DNA of 32,000 nucleotides from Synechocystis sp. PCC 6803 substr. PCC-P (GTDB taxonomy: Bacteria > Cyanobacteriota > Cyanobacteriia > Cyanobacteriales > Microcystaceae): the NCBI RefSeq assembly GCF_000284455.1, contig NC_017039.1, forward strand, positions 1,140,001-1,172,000, given 5' to 3'. Numbering within the stretch: position 1 is the first letter of the stretch; every line of letters begins with the position of its first letter. Under the pieces are notes generated by a model. That model did not search any database, had not been told where the DNA came from, and was given only the letters and a program-made list of their open reading frames with translations. Below, piece by piece: positions 10,377 to 22,110 of the stretch. Position numbers and translations under genes: made by a program.

Positions 10377-11288
10377 CTAATCTTCCCCGGCATGGTAGGA
10401 ACTCCGCACCAATGGTCCTGATCGCACATGGCTAAAACCCAAATCCTTGGCAATTTCCCCCAACTGATCAAACTCCTCTGGAGTCCAATATTTTTGCACG
10501 GGCAGATGGTCTAGGGATGGTTGCATATATTGTCCCAACGTCAGGCGATCGCAACCTACAGAGCGCAAATCCTTGAGGGTTTCCACCACTTCATCCACCG
10601 TTTCCCCGTGGCCCAACATCAACCCAGATTTGGTGAAAATGTCGGGATCAAATTCCTTTATCCAGCGCAACACATCTAAGGAGCGTTGATATTTTGCCCC
10701 CCGTCGTACTTTACCCTGTAATCTAGCCACCGTTTCCAAGTTGTGGTTATAGCAAACCGGTTTGGCTTTAGTCACCGTCAGTACTCGCTCTTTTTGGCTT
10801 CTTTCCCTACCCATACCGCCCCAAAAATCCGGTGTTAAAACCTCTATTTGAGTAGCAGGATTATCCTGGCGAATACGCTCCATTACCGCTACAAACCAGC
10901 CTGCACCGCCATCGGTTAAATCATCCCTAGCAACGGAAGTTAATACCACATATTTTAGACCCAACAATTGCACTGCTTCCGCTACTTTTCTCGGCTCATC
11001 CTGATCCAACATCATGGGAGCCTGGCCCTTTTCCACCTGACAAAAACCACATGCCCTAGTACAAATTTGACCCATTAATAAAAAAGTTGCCGTTCGGTTG
11101 GCGTAACATTCCCCCCGATTGGGACAGCGGCCTTCTTCGCAAATGGTATGAATTTGGCGCTGTTTAATAATCTGCTGAACCGTAGATAATTCACTAGCTC
11201 TACCAATGGGCCGTTTCAACCAACTGGGTAAGCGTGGGGGGAACTCACGGGGCAAGGAAGAGCCATTCATAAATGATTGTTGGGGCAC
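10377..11288 (-). CDS. lipA: Lipoyl synthase (radical SAM)
   Basis: [36 protein letters not shown] (auxiliary cluster motif plus CxxxCxxC); [18 protein letters not shown]; [23 protein letters not shown]; LGQYMQPS. Confidence 0.96.
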
Positions 11289-11393
11289 AGGGCAAAATAG
11301 GTCAATCTTATTAAATCGGACTGGAAGTCATGGCGATCGCCGTGGGTAGTATTGGTCGACACACCAAAACATTAACAATTTTTCCCAGCACCA

Positions 11394-12644
11394 CTAGCTA
11401 GTTTTGGCCACCTCTTGACGGGACAATCTTTGCACCGTTTCTCCTTTAAGCAAACGATCCGTTTCCTGTAAAACTTCCAACACCTTCTGCCGATGGGGAC
11501 TGGGGGCTAAACATTGCCAGAGCTGTTGTCGATCAAAGTTGCTGGCCGGTTGGCCGGGGAACCAATGGCCGCCATTGCCCAACAGGTTGTAGCGCATTTT
11601 GCTGTACTCCACCAGGTCGAAGCTTTGGCAAAGATTATAAAGCCAGAGAATTTTAGGGATATTGATTTCCCCAGGGGTCTGCTCCGGGCTGGGTAAGCCG
11701 ATGCGCCAACTGTTGACCCAATCTTCTCCTAAAGCTTCCACCATGGCCCCATGGAGCTTTGCCAAAATTGGTTGCAGAACTTTTTCGGTCTCCTGGTCTG
11801 ACGCTAGATAAGATAAGGTTTTTAAATGCTCATCAAAGTCCGCCGGCCGCGATGCGCCAATGCTGAGGGTATGTACCTGGGGATGGGATAAACAGAAAAG
11901 ATTATTAAATATGATCGGGCTGAGGGGTTGGCATAAATTCACTAGCTTTTCGGGCGGGTTATAGAGTTGTCCCCCTTTATCGGACGGGCTAATAATAAAG
12001 ACCCCCATATCCTGGGCTGTCGCAGCGGCGATCGCCGGCCAATTATCTTGAAAAATGTAGTACCAGTGGAGGTTGACGTAATCAAATTCCCCGGAATTAA
12101 TGGCTTCGGTAATGATGGCGGTGGGACCATGGGTGGAAAAACCCACGAAACGCACTCGGCCTTCCCTTTGTAACTGCCGACAAACATCCAAACAACCGCC
12201 GGGGCGTAAACTTTGCTCTAGGGTTTCCCGGTTATTAATGCCGTGGATACCCAACAAATCGACATATTCCAGATTTAAATAGCCCAAAGATTTATCAAAC
12301 TCCCGACGAAATTCCTTGGGGTCATCCTTGGGACTAACTTTTGTTTGCACAATCAATGTTTCCCTGGGTAACCGGGGCAAAATTTTTCCCAACTGCATTT
12401 CGGAAGTGCCATAACCCCTAGCTGTTTCAATGTGGTTAATGCCCAACTCCAGGGAACGCTCAATGGTACTTTGCAAATTGTGTTGGTTATCCTTGGGAAC
12501 CTGGGCAAAGGGCGCATCCTGCCATTGGAACTGATAGCGCATGCCCCCACAGGAAAAAACCGGCATGGACAATTCAGTACGGCCAAAACGTCGATAAAGC
12601 ATAGGGTTGGGGAAATTTGCGGAACTGCGATCGGGAAATGTCAT
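11394..12644 (-). CDS. Aldo/keto reductase family oxidoreductase
   Basis: MLYRRFGRTELSMPVFSCGGMRYQFQW, GINHIETARGYGTSEMQLGKIL, ETLIVQTKVSPKDDP, LDLLGIHGINN-type motifs. The ATG at 12644 is preferred over the listed 12686. Confidence 0.88.
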   Translation of the reverse strand: MTFPDRSSANFPNPMLYRRFGRTELSMPVFSCGGMRYQFQWQDAPFAQVPKDNQHNLQSTIERSLELGINHIETARGYGTSEMQLGKILPRLPRETLIVQTKVSPKDDPKEFRREFDKSLGYLNLEYVDLLGIHGINNRETLEQSLRPGGCLDVCRQLQREGRVRFVGFSTHGPTAIITEAINSGEFDYVNLHWYYIFQDNWPAIAAATAQDMGVFIISPSDKGGQLYNPPEKLVNLCQPLSPIIFNNLFCLSHPQVHTLSIGASRPADFDEHLKTLSYLASDQETEKVLQPILAKLHGAMVEALGEDWVNSWRIGLPSPEQTPGEINIPKILWLYNLCQSFDLVEYSKMRYNLLGNGGHWFPGQPASNFDRQQLWQCLAPSPHRQKVLEVLQETDRLLKGETVQRLSRQEVAKTS

Positions 12645-12767
12645 TGCTTGATTATTTTTTAGGGTAACCCAAAGCCCCCTGGGCACCCAGGTAAGTTCCT
12701 CGACGGATACGCAAAGCCCTTAAAATAAAACTCGGTTTGCATTGTGAAATTACGGCGTAATGGCTGA

Positions 12768-13546
<779 letters not shown>

Positions 13547-13547
<1 letters not shown>

Positions 13548-14356
13548 TGTTGTACTGGTGGGATGGACAATGGTTTGAGCAGGAGGTAATCTCTTTACCA
13601 GTTAACGATCCGGGGTTGTTGTATGGGGCGACGGTGTTTACCACCCTGAGGGTTTACCAACAATGGCTCGACCATCCCCTCACTCACTGGGCTGACCATG
13701 GCGATCGCCTACAGCAGAGTTTATTTGCCCTGCAATGGCCTGCACCGGATTGGGAACAGATAGAGCAAGCGGCTCGGCATTTGAGTCAGCATTACCCGAT
13801 CCTGCGTGTAATCTGTTTTCCTTCTGGTCAAGTATTAATTACGGGGCGGGAATTGACTGAGGATTTGCAACAAAGGCAACAATTAGGCATTAAAGCTTGG
13901 TTGATGCCCCCCGGTCGTTACCAACGTTCCCTCGCAGAATTGAAAACGGGCAATTATTTAGCCCCTTGGTTGGCCCAACGTATTGCCCAGGAAAATAATG
14001 CCCAGGAAGCCATTTTGACCGATATTAATGGCCATTGGTTGGAAACCGCGACGGGTAATCTTTGGGGTTGGCGGGACGGTGAATTTTTTACGCCCCTTTT
14101 AACAGGACAACAATTACCAGGCATTACTCTCCACTATTTGCGGACATGGTTGGAGAATCAGGGCGTAACTATCCACGGCGATCGGTGGTCAAAGGATTTG
14201 GTCCGTACCTTTCAGGGGTTGGCCTACTGCAATAGCGGCGTCGAAATTGTCCCCATCAATCAGGTGGGAGAGAAAGGGCAACCATGGTTGAATTTTGCTT
14301 CTGCCCGGAGTAGGGAATATTACCTATTAGCTAGGTATTGGGTAACGAATTGCTGA
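13547..14356 (+). CDS. pabC: Aminotransferase class IV, 4-amino-4-deoxychorismate lyase-like
   Basis: VNDPGLLYGATVFTTLRVY...; NNAQEAILTDINGHWLETATGNLWGWRDGEFFTP; start codon overlaps fabG stop (TAATG). Confidence 0.82.
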
Positions 14357-14584
14357 ATTTTTACTCAAGACAACGTAAACAAAAATTACGAAAAGACCTA
14401 ATTTATTCCGATTCTGTAAAGATCCATCTCAATTTTTTCCTCGGAACTAAATCCCCTGCCAATAATGAAGGTATCTGCAATTATTTCTTGGGTAATTTTT
14501 GCCCCATTATTCCAGTTTGATTGAATGTTGTTGAATTTTAGTTGAATTTTAAATATAACTCTGTAAACCAGAGTGAGGTGATCT

Positions 14585-15091
14585 ATGAACCGTACCGCTA
14601 AATTAACCGTTGCCATGGTGGATTGGCCCCTGCTCGTGATGGGCAGTTTGGCCATGTGGCTCACTGGTAGCTTGGTGATGGATTTGCTGGTGGTGCCCAG
14701 TCTGTCCGCCGCCGGGATGATGGCCGAGCCGGGTTTTATCAGTGCTGGCCATTTGCTATTTTCTGTTTTTAATCACTTAGAACTATTATTTGCCGGTTTA
14801 GTGCTGTCTGGTTGCTTTTTGCTCCATCAACAGAGATTTTTCTCGGTCTCAGGGCAACGTTTCAGCCGCATTTTAGCCGTTGTTTTGTTGGCGATCGCCA
14901 TTGTTTATACCTATATTCTGACCCCCGCTATCACTGATTTGGGCTTTGATATGGCCAGCTTTACCAGTACAGGGGAAATGCCGGCGGCCATGATGCCCTT
15001 GCACTGGCTCTATTGGGGACTAGAATTAGTTAAATTGGCGGTGGGACTAACTCTCCTACGCTGGTCTTACAAGGGAGCAGTGCGCCATTGA
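14585..15091 (+). CDS. DUF4149-like small membrane protein, function unknown
   Basis: 168 aa with about four predicted TM segments (WPLLVMGSLAMWLTGSLVMDLLVVPSL..., HLELLFAGLVLSGCFLL..., RILAVVLLAIAIVYTYIL...). Confidence 0.75.
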   Translation: MNRTAKLTVAMVDWPLLVMGSLAMWLTGSLVMDLLVVPSLSAAGMMAEPGFISAGHLLFSVFNHLELLFAGLVLSGCFLLHQQRFFSVSGQRFSRILAVVLLAIAIVYTYILTPAITDLGFDMASFTSTGEMPAAMMPLHWLYWGLELVKLAVGLTLLRWSYKGAVRH

Positions 15092-15111
15092 CCAATTTCT
15101 AGTGAAATTTA

Positions 15112-16758
15112 ATGTTTGCCTTACCTCAAGCCGGCGATCGCCGTGGCGAGATCATTAAAGTATTGCTCAGCAACGGCTGGGACTATATGAACGGCCTCTT
15201 AACCCTGGGGAAAGTGGGGGAACCACAAATTCCGACACCGGAAGTTCTCACCAAAATCCTCGTCGAGTTGGGGCCGTTTTATATCAAGTTGGGGCAACTG
15301 CTCAGCACCAGGCCAGACCTTTTACCCCCCCGTTATATCAACGCCCTCACCGCCCTCCAATCCAATGTGCCTCCCCTGCCCTGGTCGGCGATCGAGGACT
15401 TGTTGCAGAGGGAATTTCCCCAACCCCTGGGGGAAACGTTTCAAGAAATTGAGTCTGAACCCATTGCCGCCGGCTCCATTGGTCAAATCCATCGAGCGGT
15501 TTTGCAAAGCGGAGAAACCGTTGCCATTAAAGTTAAACGGCCCGGCATTGATGTGATTGTGGAACAGGATAGTTTATTGATCAAAGATGTGGCTGAATTA
15601 TTGGCCTTGACGGAATTTGGTCAGAATTACGACATTGTTAAACTCGCCGATGAATTTACCCAAACGGTCAAAGCAGAATTAAATTTTGATACAGAAGCGG
15701 CTTATACCAATAATTTGCGGACTAACCTAGCAAAAACCACCTGGTTTGATCCCAATCAATTAGTAATTCCAAAGGTTTATTGGGAGTTAACAAACCAAAA
15801 ATTCCTGGTGTTGGAATGGCTGGATGGAGTGCCAATCTTAACCGCAGATTTAACCCAACCCCCCAGTGATAAAGACATTGCTGAAAAGAAAAAGGAAATT
15901 ACCACCCTATTATTTCGGGCCTTTTTCCAACAACTTTATGTGGATGGTTTTTTCCATGCGGATCCCCACCCCGGCAACATTTTTTACTTAGCAGATGGTC
16001 GTTTAGCCCTCATTGACTGCGGCATGGTGGGTCGCCTTGATCCCCGCACCCGGCAATTGTTAACGGAAATGCTATTGGCGATCGTTGATTTGGATGCCAA
16101 ACGTTGTGCTCAGTTAACGGTGGAGTTATCAGAATCGGTTGGTCGCGTTAACTTCCAGCGGCTAGAGGTGGATTACGAACGCATGTTGCGGAAATATTAT
16201 GACTTAAGTTTGTCAGAATTTAACTTCAGTGAAGTAGTTTATGAATTTCTCCGCATTGCCAGAGTGAATAAACTCAAAGTTCCCGCCTGTTTAGGATTGT
16301 ATGCTAAATGTTTAGCCAATTTAGAAGGCGCTGGATGACAATTTAATCCTGAGTTAAATTTATTCACTGAAATTAATCCCCTCATTACCGATCTTTTCCG
16401 TCGGCAACTGTTTGGCACTAATCCTTTGCAGACAGCATTAAGAACAGTATTAGATCTTAAAGCAGTTTCCCTTAAAACCCCCAGGCAAATGGACGTGTTA
16501 CTCGATCGCCTAACTACGGAAACTTTGCAATGGAATGTGCGGCTAGAGGGGTTGGAGCCAGTGCGTCGCACCATCGATAAGTCCGCTAACCGTTTATCTT
16601 TTAGTATTGTGCTTGGTTCTCTAATTATGGGGGCGGCAATTCTTTCCACTGGCAATGATCAACAGCTAACTTTAATTGCCAATATTTTGTTTGTGGCAGC
16701 TACGGTAATTGGTTTTTGGTTGGTAATTAGCATCCTGCGATCGGGAAGATTAAAATAG
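15112..16758 (+). pseudogene. ABC1/AarF (ADCK/UbiB-like) kinase-like gene interrupted by an in-frame TGA at 16336-16338
   Basis: 15112..16338 encodes ABC1 kinase motifs (GPFYIKLGQLLSTRPDLLPPRYINALTALQ; IGQIHRAVLQSGETVAIKVKRPGI; FFHADPHPGNIF; LALIDCGMVGRLD). The same frame continues after TGA as QFNPELNLFTEINPLITDLFRRQLFGTNPLQTALRTVLDLKAV...ending in a TM hairpin at 16758. Confidence 0.75.
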
Positions 16759-16834
16759 TAGTTAGACTATCTGAAAAAAGGTTATGTTTGCCAGATTAGG
16801 GTCAAAATATTACAGTTTACCTTGAGGTTAAAAA

Positions 16835-17230
16835 ATGGGTTTAGTTTATGCCAATATTGAGCTTATCAATCCCAAAGAACAGGCTCTACAACCAATGAAG
16901 GTCAATGCCTTAGTTGATACAGGGGCGATTACACTTTGTATTCCTGAGCATGTTGTGATTCAACTTAAGTTAGAAACGTTGGAACAACGGGAAGTTACTA
17001 CTGCCGACAGCAAAAAAAGACTAGTTGATTATGTGGGACCAGTGCAAGTGAGGTTTGGTAATCGTAATTGTTTTACTGGAGCCCTAGTCTTAGGGGATGC
17101 AGTTTTGCTAGGGGCTGTTCCTTTGGAAGATATGGATTTAGTTATTAGTCCCCGTTCACAAACCATTACCGTCAATCCTGAAAGTCCTAATATTCCTGCG
17201 GCGCTGGTAAAAACTGCACTGGAGATTTAA
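16835..17230 (+). CDS. Clan AA aspartic protease (retropepsin-like)
   Basis: 131 aa with the LVDTGAITLCIPEHVVIQLKL active-site pattern and VLGDAVLLGAVPLEDMDLVI. Confidence 0.85.
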   Translation: MGLVYANIELINPKEQALQPMKVNALVDTGAITLCIPEHVVIQLKLETLEQREVTTADSKKRLVDYVGPVQVRFGNRNCFTGALVLGDAVLLGAVPLEDMDLVISPRSQTITVNPESPNIPAALVKTALEI

Positions 17231-17283
17231 ATTAATCATTAATTAATAGCTAAATTAGTTAAGCAATATGTGACTAACAAAGA

Positions 17284-19164
17284 TTATGAATTAACCGGAT
17301 GAAAGTAATCATAAATTGTCTGGGCTAACTGGGGACCAATACCTGGTACTTCCTGTAATTGTTTGACACTGGCCTCCCGAATATAATCCAAAGAACGGAA
17401 ATGGGCTAACAATTGTTTTTGGCGACTAAAACCTAAACCAGGAATTTCATCCAAGCGCGATCGCCGACTTTTACTAAGCCGTTGTTGACGGTGGAAACTG
17501 ACCGCAAAGCGATGGGCTTCATCCCGCAAACGGCGTAATAATTGCACTCCAGGTTGTTCCGCGTGGGTGGGCAAGGGTTGGGATTCTCCCGGTAGAAAAA
17601 TTTCTTCCCTTTGTTTCGCTAAACTGACCACCGTAAATTTATCCAGCAAATCCATTTTCTTCAGCACCTTAACCACCGCTGATAGTTGACCTTTACCGCC
17701 ATCAATCATAATTAAATCTGGCCAATCCTGTTGATTTTTTTTGCCTTTTACAGAGGATTGAAAACGGCGGATAATAACTTCTGCCAAACTGGCGAAATCG
17801 TCAGAGTGACCGACTTTAATGGACGGGTTTTTAATTTTATAATGGCGATAATACTGTTGGGCTGGCACTCCATCAATAAATACAACTTGGGAAGCTACAG
17901 CATTAGAACCCTGAATGTGGGAAATATCATAACCTTCAATGCGTTTTGGCAAAGTTTCTAAATTTAAAATTTCCGCTAAATCTTCTAGCGCTGTAACGTT
18001 TTTAGCAGTCTGTTTTTGTAACCTCTCTAACTCGTACTGGGCGTTACGTTCCACCATTTCCAATAGCTCAGCTTTGGTTTGTCTTTGGGGGAGGTTAAAA
18101 GTTACTTTTCTTCCCCGTTGGCTAGTTAACCAATCATTGAGCAATTCTCCATCAGGTAAAGCACAGGGCAGAATGACTTCGCTGGGAATTTCCACCGCTT
18201 CGACCTGTTGATAATGCTGTTCCAAAACCCGCTGTAATACTTCCCCTTTTTCCAACTCCGACTCCACTCCATCGGCGAAAAATCCCAGCCTTCCTACCAA
18301 TCTTCCCGCCCTAATTTGGAAAAGTTGAATGGCACTAATTTGTCCATCGCTGGCCACGGCGATCGCATCTCTGGAAATGGTGTCCTGGGGTAAGGAAACT
18401 TTTTGATCAGCGTTGAGTTTACCGAGGGAATTAATTTGGTCCCGAATTAGAGCCGCCTGTTCAAACTTTAAATCTGCCGCCGCCTTTTCCATTTGTTGCG
18501 TTAACAATTGATGTAGTTCCTGGGTACGTCCCTGGAAAACCATAGCGACTTTTTGTAAGGTTTGGCGGTAGTCTTCTGGGGTAATTAATTCTTGGCAAAC
18601 TCCAGGACAACGGCCAATGTCATAATTTAAGCAAGGACGATGTTTGAATAGGGGCTGACGACGTTGCCGCAGAGGAAAAATACGTTGTATTAATCGCAAT
18701 GTTTGCCGTAAACTAAAACTATCCACATAGGGCCCGTAGTAACGATCCTTAGCCTGGTTTAAACGGCGTTTTCTGGTAATAAAAATACGGGGATAGGTTT
18801 CTGACCAGGTGATACACACATAAGGATATTTTTTATCATCTTTAAGCAGAACATTAAAATGGGGTTGGTGTTGTTTGATTAAATTAGCTTCTAAGGCTAA
18901 AGCTTCCGCTTCCGTATCGGTGACAATAAACTCAATTTCCGCTACCTGTTGCACCATCAAAGCAATGCGGGCAGTGTGGGGTTGGGAATCCCGAAAATAG
19001 GATCTAACCCTAGTTCTCAATTTTTTTGCCTTGCCGATGTAGAGAATTTCTCCTTGGCGATCGCCCATGAAGTAAACCCCCGGCTCTTGGGGAATTTCCT
19101 GGAGACGCCGTTCTAATAATTCTGGTTGTTCAAGAAGAGACGTAGAGGAAACAGTAGCAACCAT
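17284..19164 (-). CDS. uvrC: Excinuclease ABC subunit C
   Basis: [30 protein letters not shown] (GIY-YIG); CPGVCQELI; [27 protein letters not shown]; [15 protein letters not shown]; HhH motif [16 protein letters not shown]. Confidence 0.97.
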   Translation of the reverse strand: MVATVSSTSLLEQPELLERRLQEIPQEPGVYFMGDRQGEILYIGKAKKLRTRVRSYFRDSQPHTARIALMVQQVAEIEFIVTDTEAEALALEANLIKQHQPHFNVLLKDDKKYPYVCITWSETYPRIFITRKRRLNQAKDRYYGPYVDSFSLRQTLRLIQRIFPLRQRRQPLFKHRPCLNYDIGRCPGVCQELITPEDYRQTLQKVAMVFQGRTQELHQLLTQQMEKAAADLKFEQAALIRDQINSLGKLNADQKVSLPQDTISRDAIAVASDGQISAIQLFQIRAGRLVGRLGFFADGVESELEKGEVLQRVLEQHYQQVEAVEIPSEVILPCALPDGELLNDWLTSQRGRKVTFNLPQRQTKAELLEMVERNAQYELERLQKQTAKNVTALEDLAEILNLETLPKRIEGYDISHIQGSNAVASQVVFIDGVPAQQYYRHYKIKNPSIKVGHSDDFASLAEVIIRRFQSSVKGKKNQQDWPDLIMIDGGKGQLSAVVKVLKKMDLLDKFTVVSLAKQREEIFLPGESQPLPTHAEQPGVQLLRRLRDEAHRFAVSFHRQQRLSKSRRSRLDEIPGLGFSRQKQLLAHFRSLDYIREASVKQLQEVPGIGPQLAQTIYDYFHPVNS

Positions 19165-19253
19165 TGATTAAGCAAAAGAGCGAATGTTTTTCTATGGTAG
19201 AAGGGAAAACTAGGGCTTGGCAATTTGCGTCTGGGCTGGGTTAATTAATACAA

Positions 19254-21059
19254 TTGGCTGATTTAAAACGGGAATTTTTTGCAATGATGGCAATGGAATC
19301 TTGGTTGGGAACAATGATTGGTGTGGGGGCAGCGGTGGTTTTCACTATGCCGGCTGTAGCCCAAAGTCAGCCCTTATTTTTGGCCTATCCACCCCAAAAT
19401 CACCAAACCAGTAGCCCGACGATTTTTTTCATTGGTTCTGCCGCTCCAAATGTGACCGTTACCCTCAATGGCCAGCCCATTGAACGCAGTGCCCAAGGCA
19501 ATTTTGCCCCTGTAATCCCTCTCAAGATGGGGGAAAATCAGTTTGTTTTTCAAGCAGAGTCCCAACGGATTGAGCGTACCATTACCCGCATTGGCACTGG
19601 CCCCACATTGTCCCCCCAAGGTGGTTTTGCCGCCGGCTCCCTCACCCCCGCTGTGCCCATTAGTCGTCCTGCTGGCGAACCAATTTGCTTTACGGCGATC
19701 GCCCCTACGGATGCCATGGCCACGGTGACCTTGGCGGGCCAAACCATTCCCCTCACCCCCCAGGGCAATGTGGTACAGTTACCGCCCAATAACACCATTT
19801 TGCACGGAGAAAATCAGCCCCAAGTTACAGCAGCGGATCAGTATAAAGGCTGTCAAAGTTTCAACGTGACTAACTTACCTGCCCAATTGGGAACGCCTCA
19901 ATTTAATCTGCAATGGCGGGGACAAAACTTTTCCACTCCTGGCCCCGGTAGCGTTACTTTGCTCAATGGCGATCGCCCCCAGGTAATTGTGGTTACCAGT
20001 CAAACGGGGGTTGCCCGCACAGGCCCTGGCACCGATTATTCCCGGTTAACTCCTTTACCCCAGGGTAGTCAAGCTAGCGTCACTGGCCAGGATGGGGACT
20101 GGTTGCGGTTAGACTATGGCGGCTGGATTAAAGCAGATGAAACCCGTACTTTACCGAGCCAAGCTCCGCCTCGTTCCCTAATTCGCAGTGTGGGTTACCA
20201 AGTTTTTGGCGATCGTACAGAAATGCGTTTTCCCTTGCAATTGCCGGTGCCAGTAACAGTACATCAAACTGAAATGGGACTGACTTTAAGTCTTTACAAT
20301 ACCACTGCCCAAACTGACACTATCCGCCTCGATAATGATCCTATTATTCGTAATTTGACCTGGCAACAAATTAGTCCAGATCGGATTGATTATTATTTCA
20401 CTTTTAAGACTGATCAACAGTGGGGTTACGATCTGCGTTATGAGGGCACTACGCTAATTTTGTCTTTGCGTCATCCTCCCCGTATTTCTTCCCAACCCGG
20501 TAACTTGCAGGGAGTAAAAATTCTGCTCGATCCGGGCCATGGGGGTAGTGAAGCGGGGGCAGTGGGGCCCACTGGCTATGCAGAAAAAGACATTAACTTA
20601 CTCATTTCTCAACGTTTAGCTAATCGCCTCAAATCCCAAGGGGCTAATGTCCATCTCACCCGTACCAGGGACGAATTTGTCTCTTTAGTCGATCGCCAAA
20701 CCCAGATTGCCCAAGTGCAACCGGCGATCGCCCTTTCCATCCATTACAATGCCTTACCCGATAGCGGTAATCCCAACGAAACCGATGGCATTAGTACATT
20801 TTGGTACAATGCCCAAGCAGCGGATTTAGCTAATTTTTTACAGCGGTATTTGGTGGAAAATTTAGGCAGAAATTCCCACGGAGTTTACTGGAATAATTTG
20901 GCTTTAACCCGTCCCACCATTGCCCCAGCAGTGTTGTTGGAATTGGGGTTTATGATTAGTCCCCAGGAATTCGAGTGGATTACCAATGCCCAAGCCCAGG
21001 AACAATTGGTGCAGGCTTTAGCGACGGGCATTACCACCTGGTTACAGCAACAACGTTGA
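19254..21059 (+). CDS. N-acetylmuramoyl-L-alanine amidase (Amidase_3) with SH3-like and AMIN-like regions; start may be internal
   Basis: KILLDPGHGGSEAGAVGPTGYAEKDINLLISQRLANRLKSQGANVHLTRTRDEFVSL; ALSIHYNALPDSG; LELGFMISPQEFEWI; SH3-like VVTSQTGVARTGPGTDYSRLTPLPQGSQASV. Confidence 0.93.
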   Translation: MADLKREFFAMMAMESWLGTMIGVGAAVVFTMPAVAQSQPLFLAYPPQNHQTSSPTIFFIGSAAPNVTVTLNGQPIERSAQGNFAPVIPLKMGENQFVFQAESQRIERTITRIGTGPTLSPQGGFAAGSLTPAVPISRPAGEPICFTAIAPTDAMATVTLAGQTIPLTPQGNVVQLPPNNTILHGENQPQVTAADQYKGCQSFNVTNLPAQLGTPQFNLQWRGQNFSTPGPGSVTLLNGDRPQVIVVTSQTGVARTGPGTDYSRLTPLPQGSQASVTGQDGDWLRLDYGGWIKADETRTLPSQAPPRSLIRSVGYQVFGDRTEMRFPLQLPVPVTVHQTEMGLTLSLYNTTAQTDTIRLDNDPIIRNLTWQQISPDRIDYYFTFKTDQQWGYDLRYEGTTLILSLRHPPRISSQPGNLQGVKILLDPGHGGSEAGAVGPTGYAEKDINLLISQRLANRLKSQGANVHLTRTRDEFVSLVDRQTQIAQVQPAIALSIHYNALPDSGNPNETDGISTFWYNAQAADLANFLQRYLVENLGRNSHGVYWNNLALTRPTIAPAVLLELGFMISPQEFEWITNAQAQEQLVQALATGITTWLQQQR

Positions 21060-21614
21060 GTCCACTTCCATAAAGTTTCCTGCTTCGTTTAAGTACCAAC
21101 TTCTACTGGTATTGAACCTTCCATTTTCACCGGAAGCAATGAGGTAAATATATTCTGGCCAAGCAATGGCCCGATCAAATTCTGACGGTATGGGCTGGCC
21201 ATGGGGATGGGAATGGAAAATACCGATAATGCTTAACCCTTTTTGGCGGCAATCTTTTTGGGCGGAAAGCAAAACTTTGGGGTCAATGGCAAAGTAATGT
21301 AACTTATTTCCCTGATGATTATTCTGCTGAAATTCTTCCACATCACCCCAGCAATTTTCCGTTGGCTGTACTTCGACTACTTGCCAATGGCGATGACCAT
21401 TTTCTCCAATTAATATTTTCCCCAGTAAAAGACCACAACATTCCTCCGGATAACACCGTTCCCCATGGCGATAAATTTGGTCTTGGTGAACTTGACTCAG
21501 ACTTAGTTGGACCACTTTTGCTAATTTTTCGTTTTGGAAGGTCTTCAGAAAGTTTGATTCCGCCCCTAAATTACTCCGGTAATACTGAGGAAACTTTACC
21601 CAGTTTCTCCCCAA
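21042..21614 (-). CDS. JAMM/Mov34-type (M67) metallopeptidase; real start likely internal
   Basis: CYPEECCGLLLGK...; LSIIGIFHSHPHGQPIPSEFDRAIAWPEYIYLI carries the HxHx(n)SxxD JAMM signature. Confidence 0.88.
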   Translation of the reverse strand: MGRNWVKFPQYYRSNLGAESNFLKTFQNEKLAKVVQLSLSQVHQDQIYRHGERCYPEECCGLLLGKILIGENGHRHWQVVEVQPTENCWGDVEEFQQNNHQGNKLHYFAIDPKVLLSAQKDCRQKGLSIIGIFHSHPHGQPIPSEFDRAIAWPEYIYLIASGENGRFNTSRSWYLNEAGNFMEVDSTLLL

Positions 21615-21695
21615 AGTTGGGTGGGTTGGGGGCTTTTAAAAGAGGCTTTTAGACTATCAACAATTTTGCAAAAAGGTTGAAAAATCCTGCCTGCT

Positions 21696-22079
21696 TTAAC
21701 GGAATAACCAACGCCAGAGGAGATGGCGGGGACCAATTTTACGAATTCTAGCCGTACCTCGAATGAGATTATTCCTTTCCTTAATGGATAGACCCCAAAG
21801 AATATGGCAACTTTGGCGAATCAATACCGCCCCGGTAAAACCAATACTGCCAAACAAAGTAAAAGCAGGTACTAACTGAAAGGCAAAGCCATAACGGATA
21901 GCAACCCAGGTGAAATGGTCCTGTAACAGGGCAATATCTTGGCGAAACTGCCAAATAGACCAGGGAACAAGGGTTAGCCACAGCAAGGCCACCACTGTCC
22001 AACGACCATAGACCCCCGCTTGGTAAAGGCGATAGGCGGGTTTACTTAAACACTGGTCGGGCATTAAACGATGGGGCAT
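21696..22079 (-). CDS. Small membrane protein, function unknown
   Basis: MPHRLMPDQCLSKPAYRLYQAGVYGRWTVVALLWLTLVPWSIW... with 2-3 predicted TM segments. The listed longer start (22121) overlaps the upstream gene. Confidence 0.65.
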   Translation of the reverse strand: MPHRLMPDQCLSKPAYRLYQAGVYGRWTVVALLWLTLVPWSIWQFRQDIALLQDHFTWVAIRYGFAFQLVPAFTLFGSIGFTGAVLIRQSCHILWGLSIKERNNLIRGTARIRKIGPRHLLWRWLFR

Positions 22080-22110
22080 GGATGTTGAAATTTTCACTAT
22101 TGGAAGTCCA

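Noticed and set aside
11514-12662. ORFs opposite the aldo/keto reductase gene (11514..11696, 11942..12187, 11967..12173 etc.)
   Set aside because: Shadow ORFs of a strongly coding frame.
16239-16655. Minus-strand 138-aa ORF spanning the kinase stop codon
   Set aside because: Not domain-like, and the + strand frame on both sides of the TGA reads as ABC1 family protein; considered an antisense artefact.
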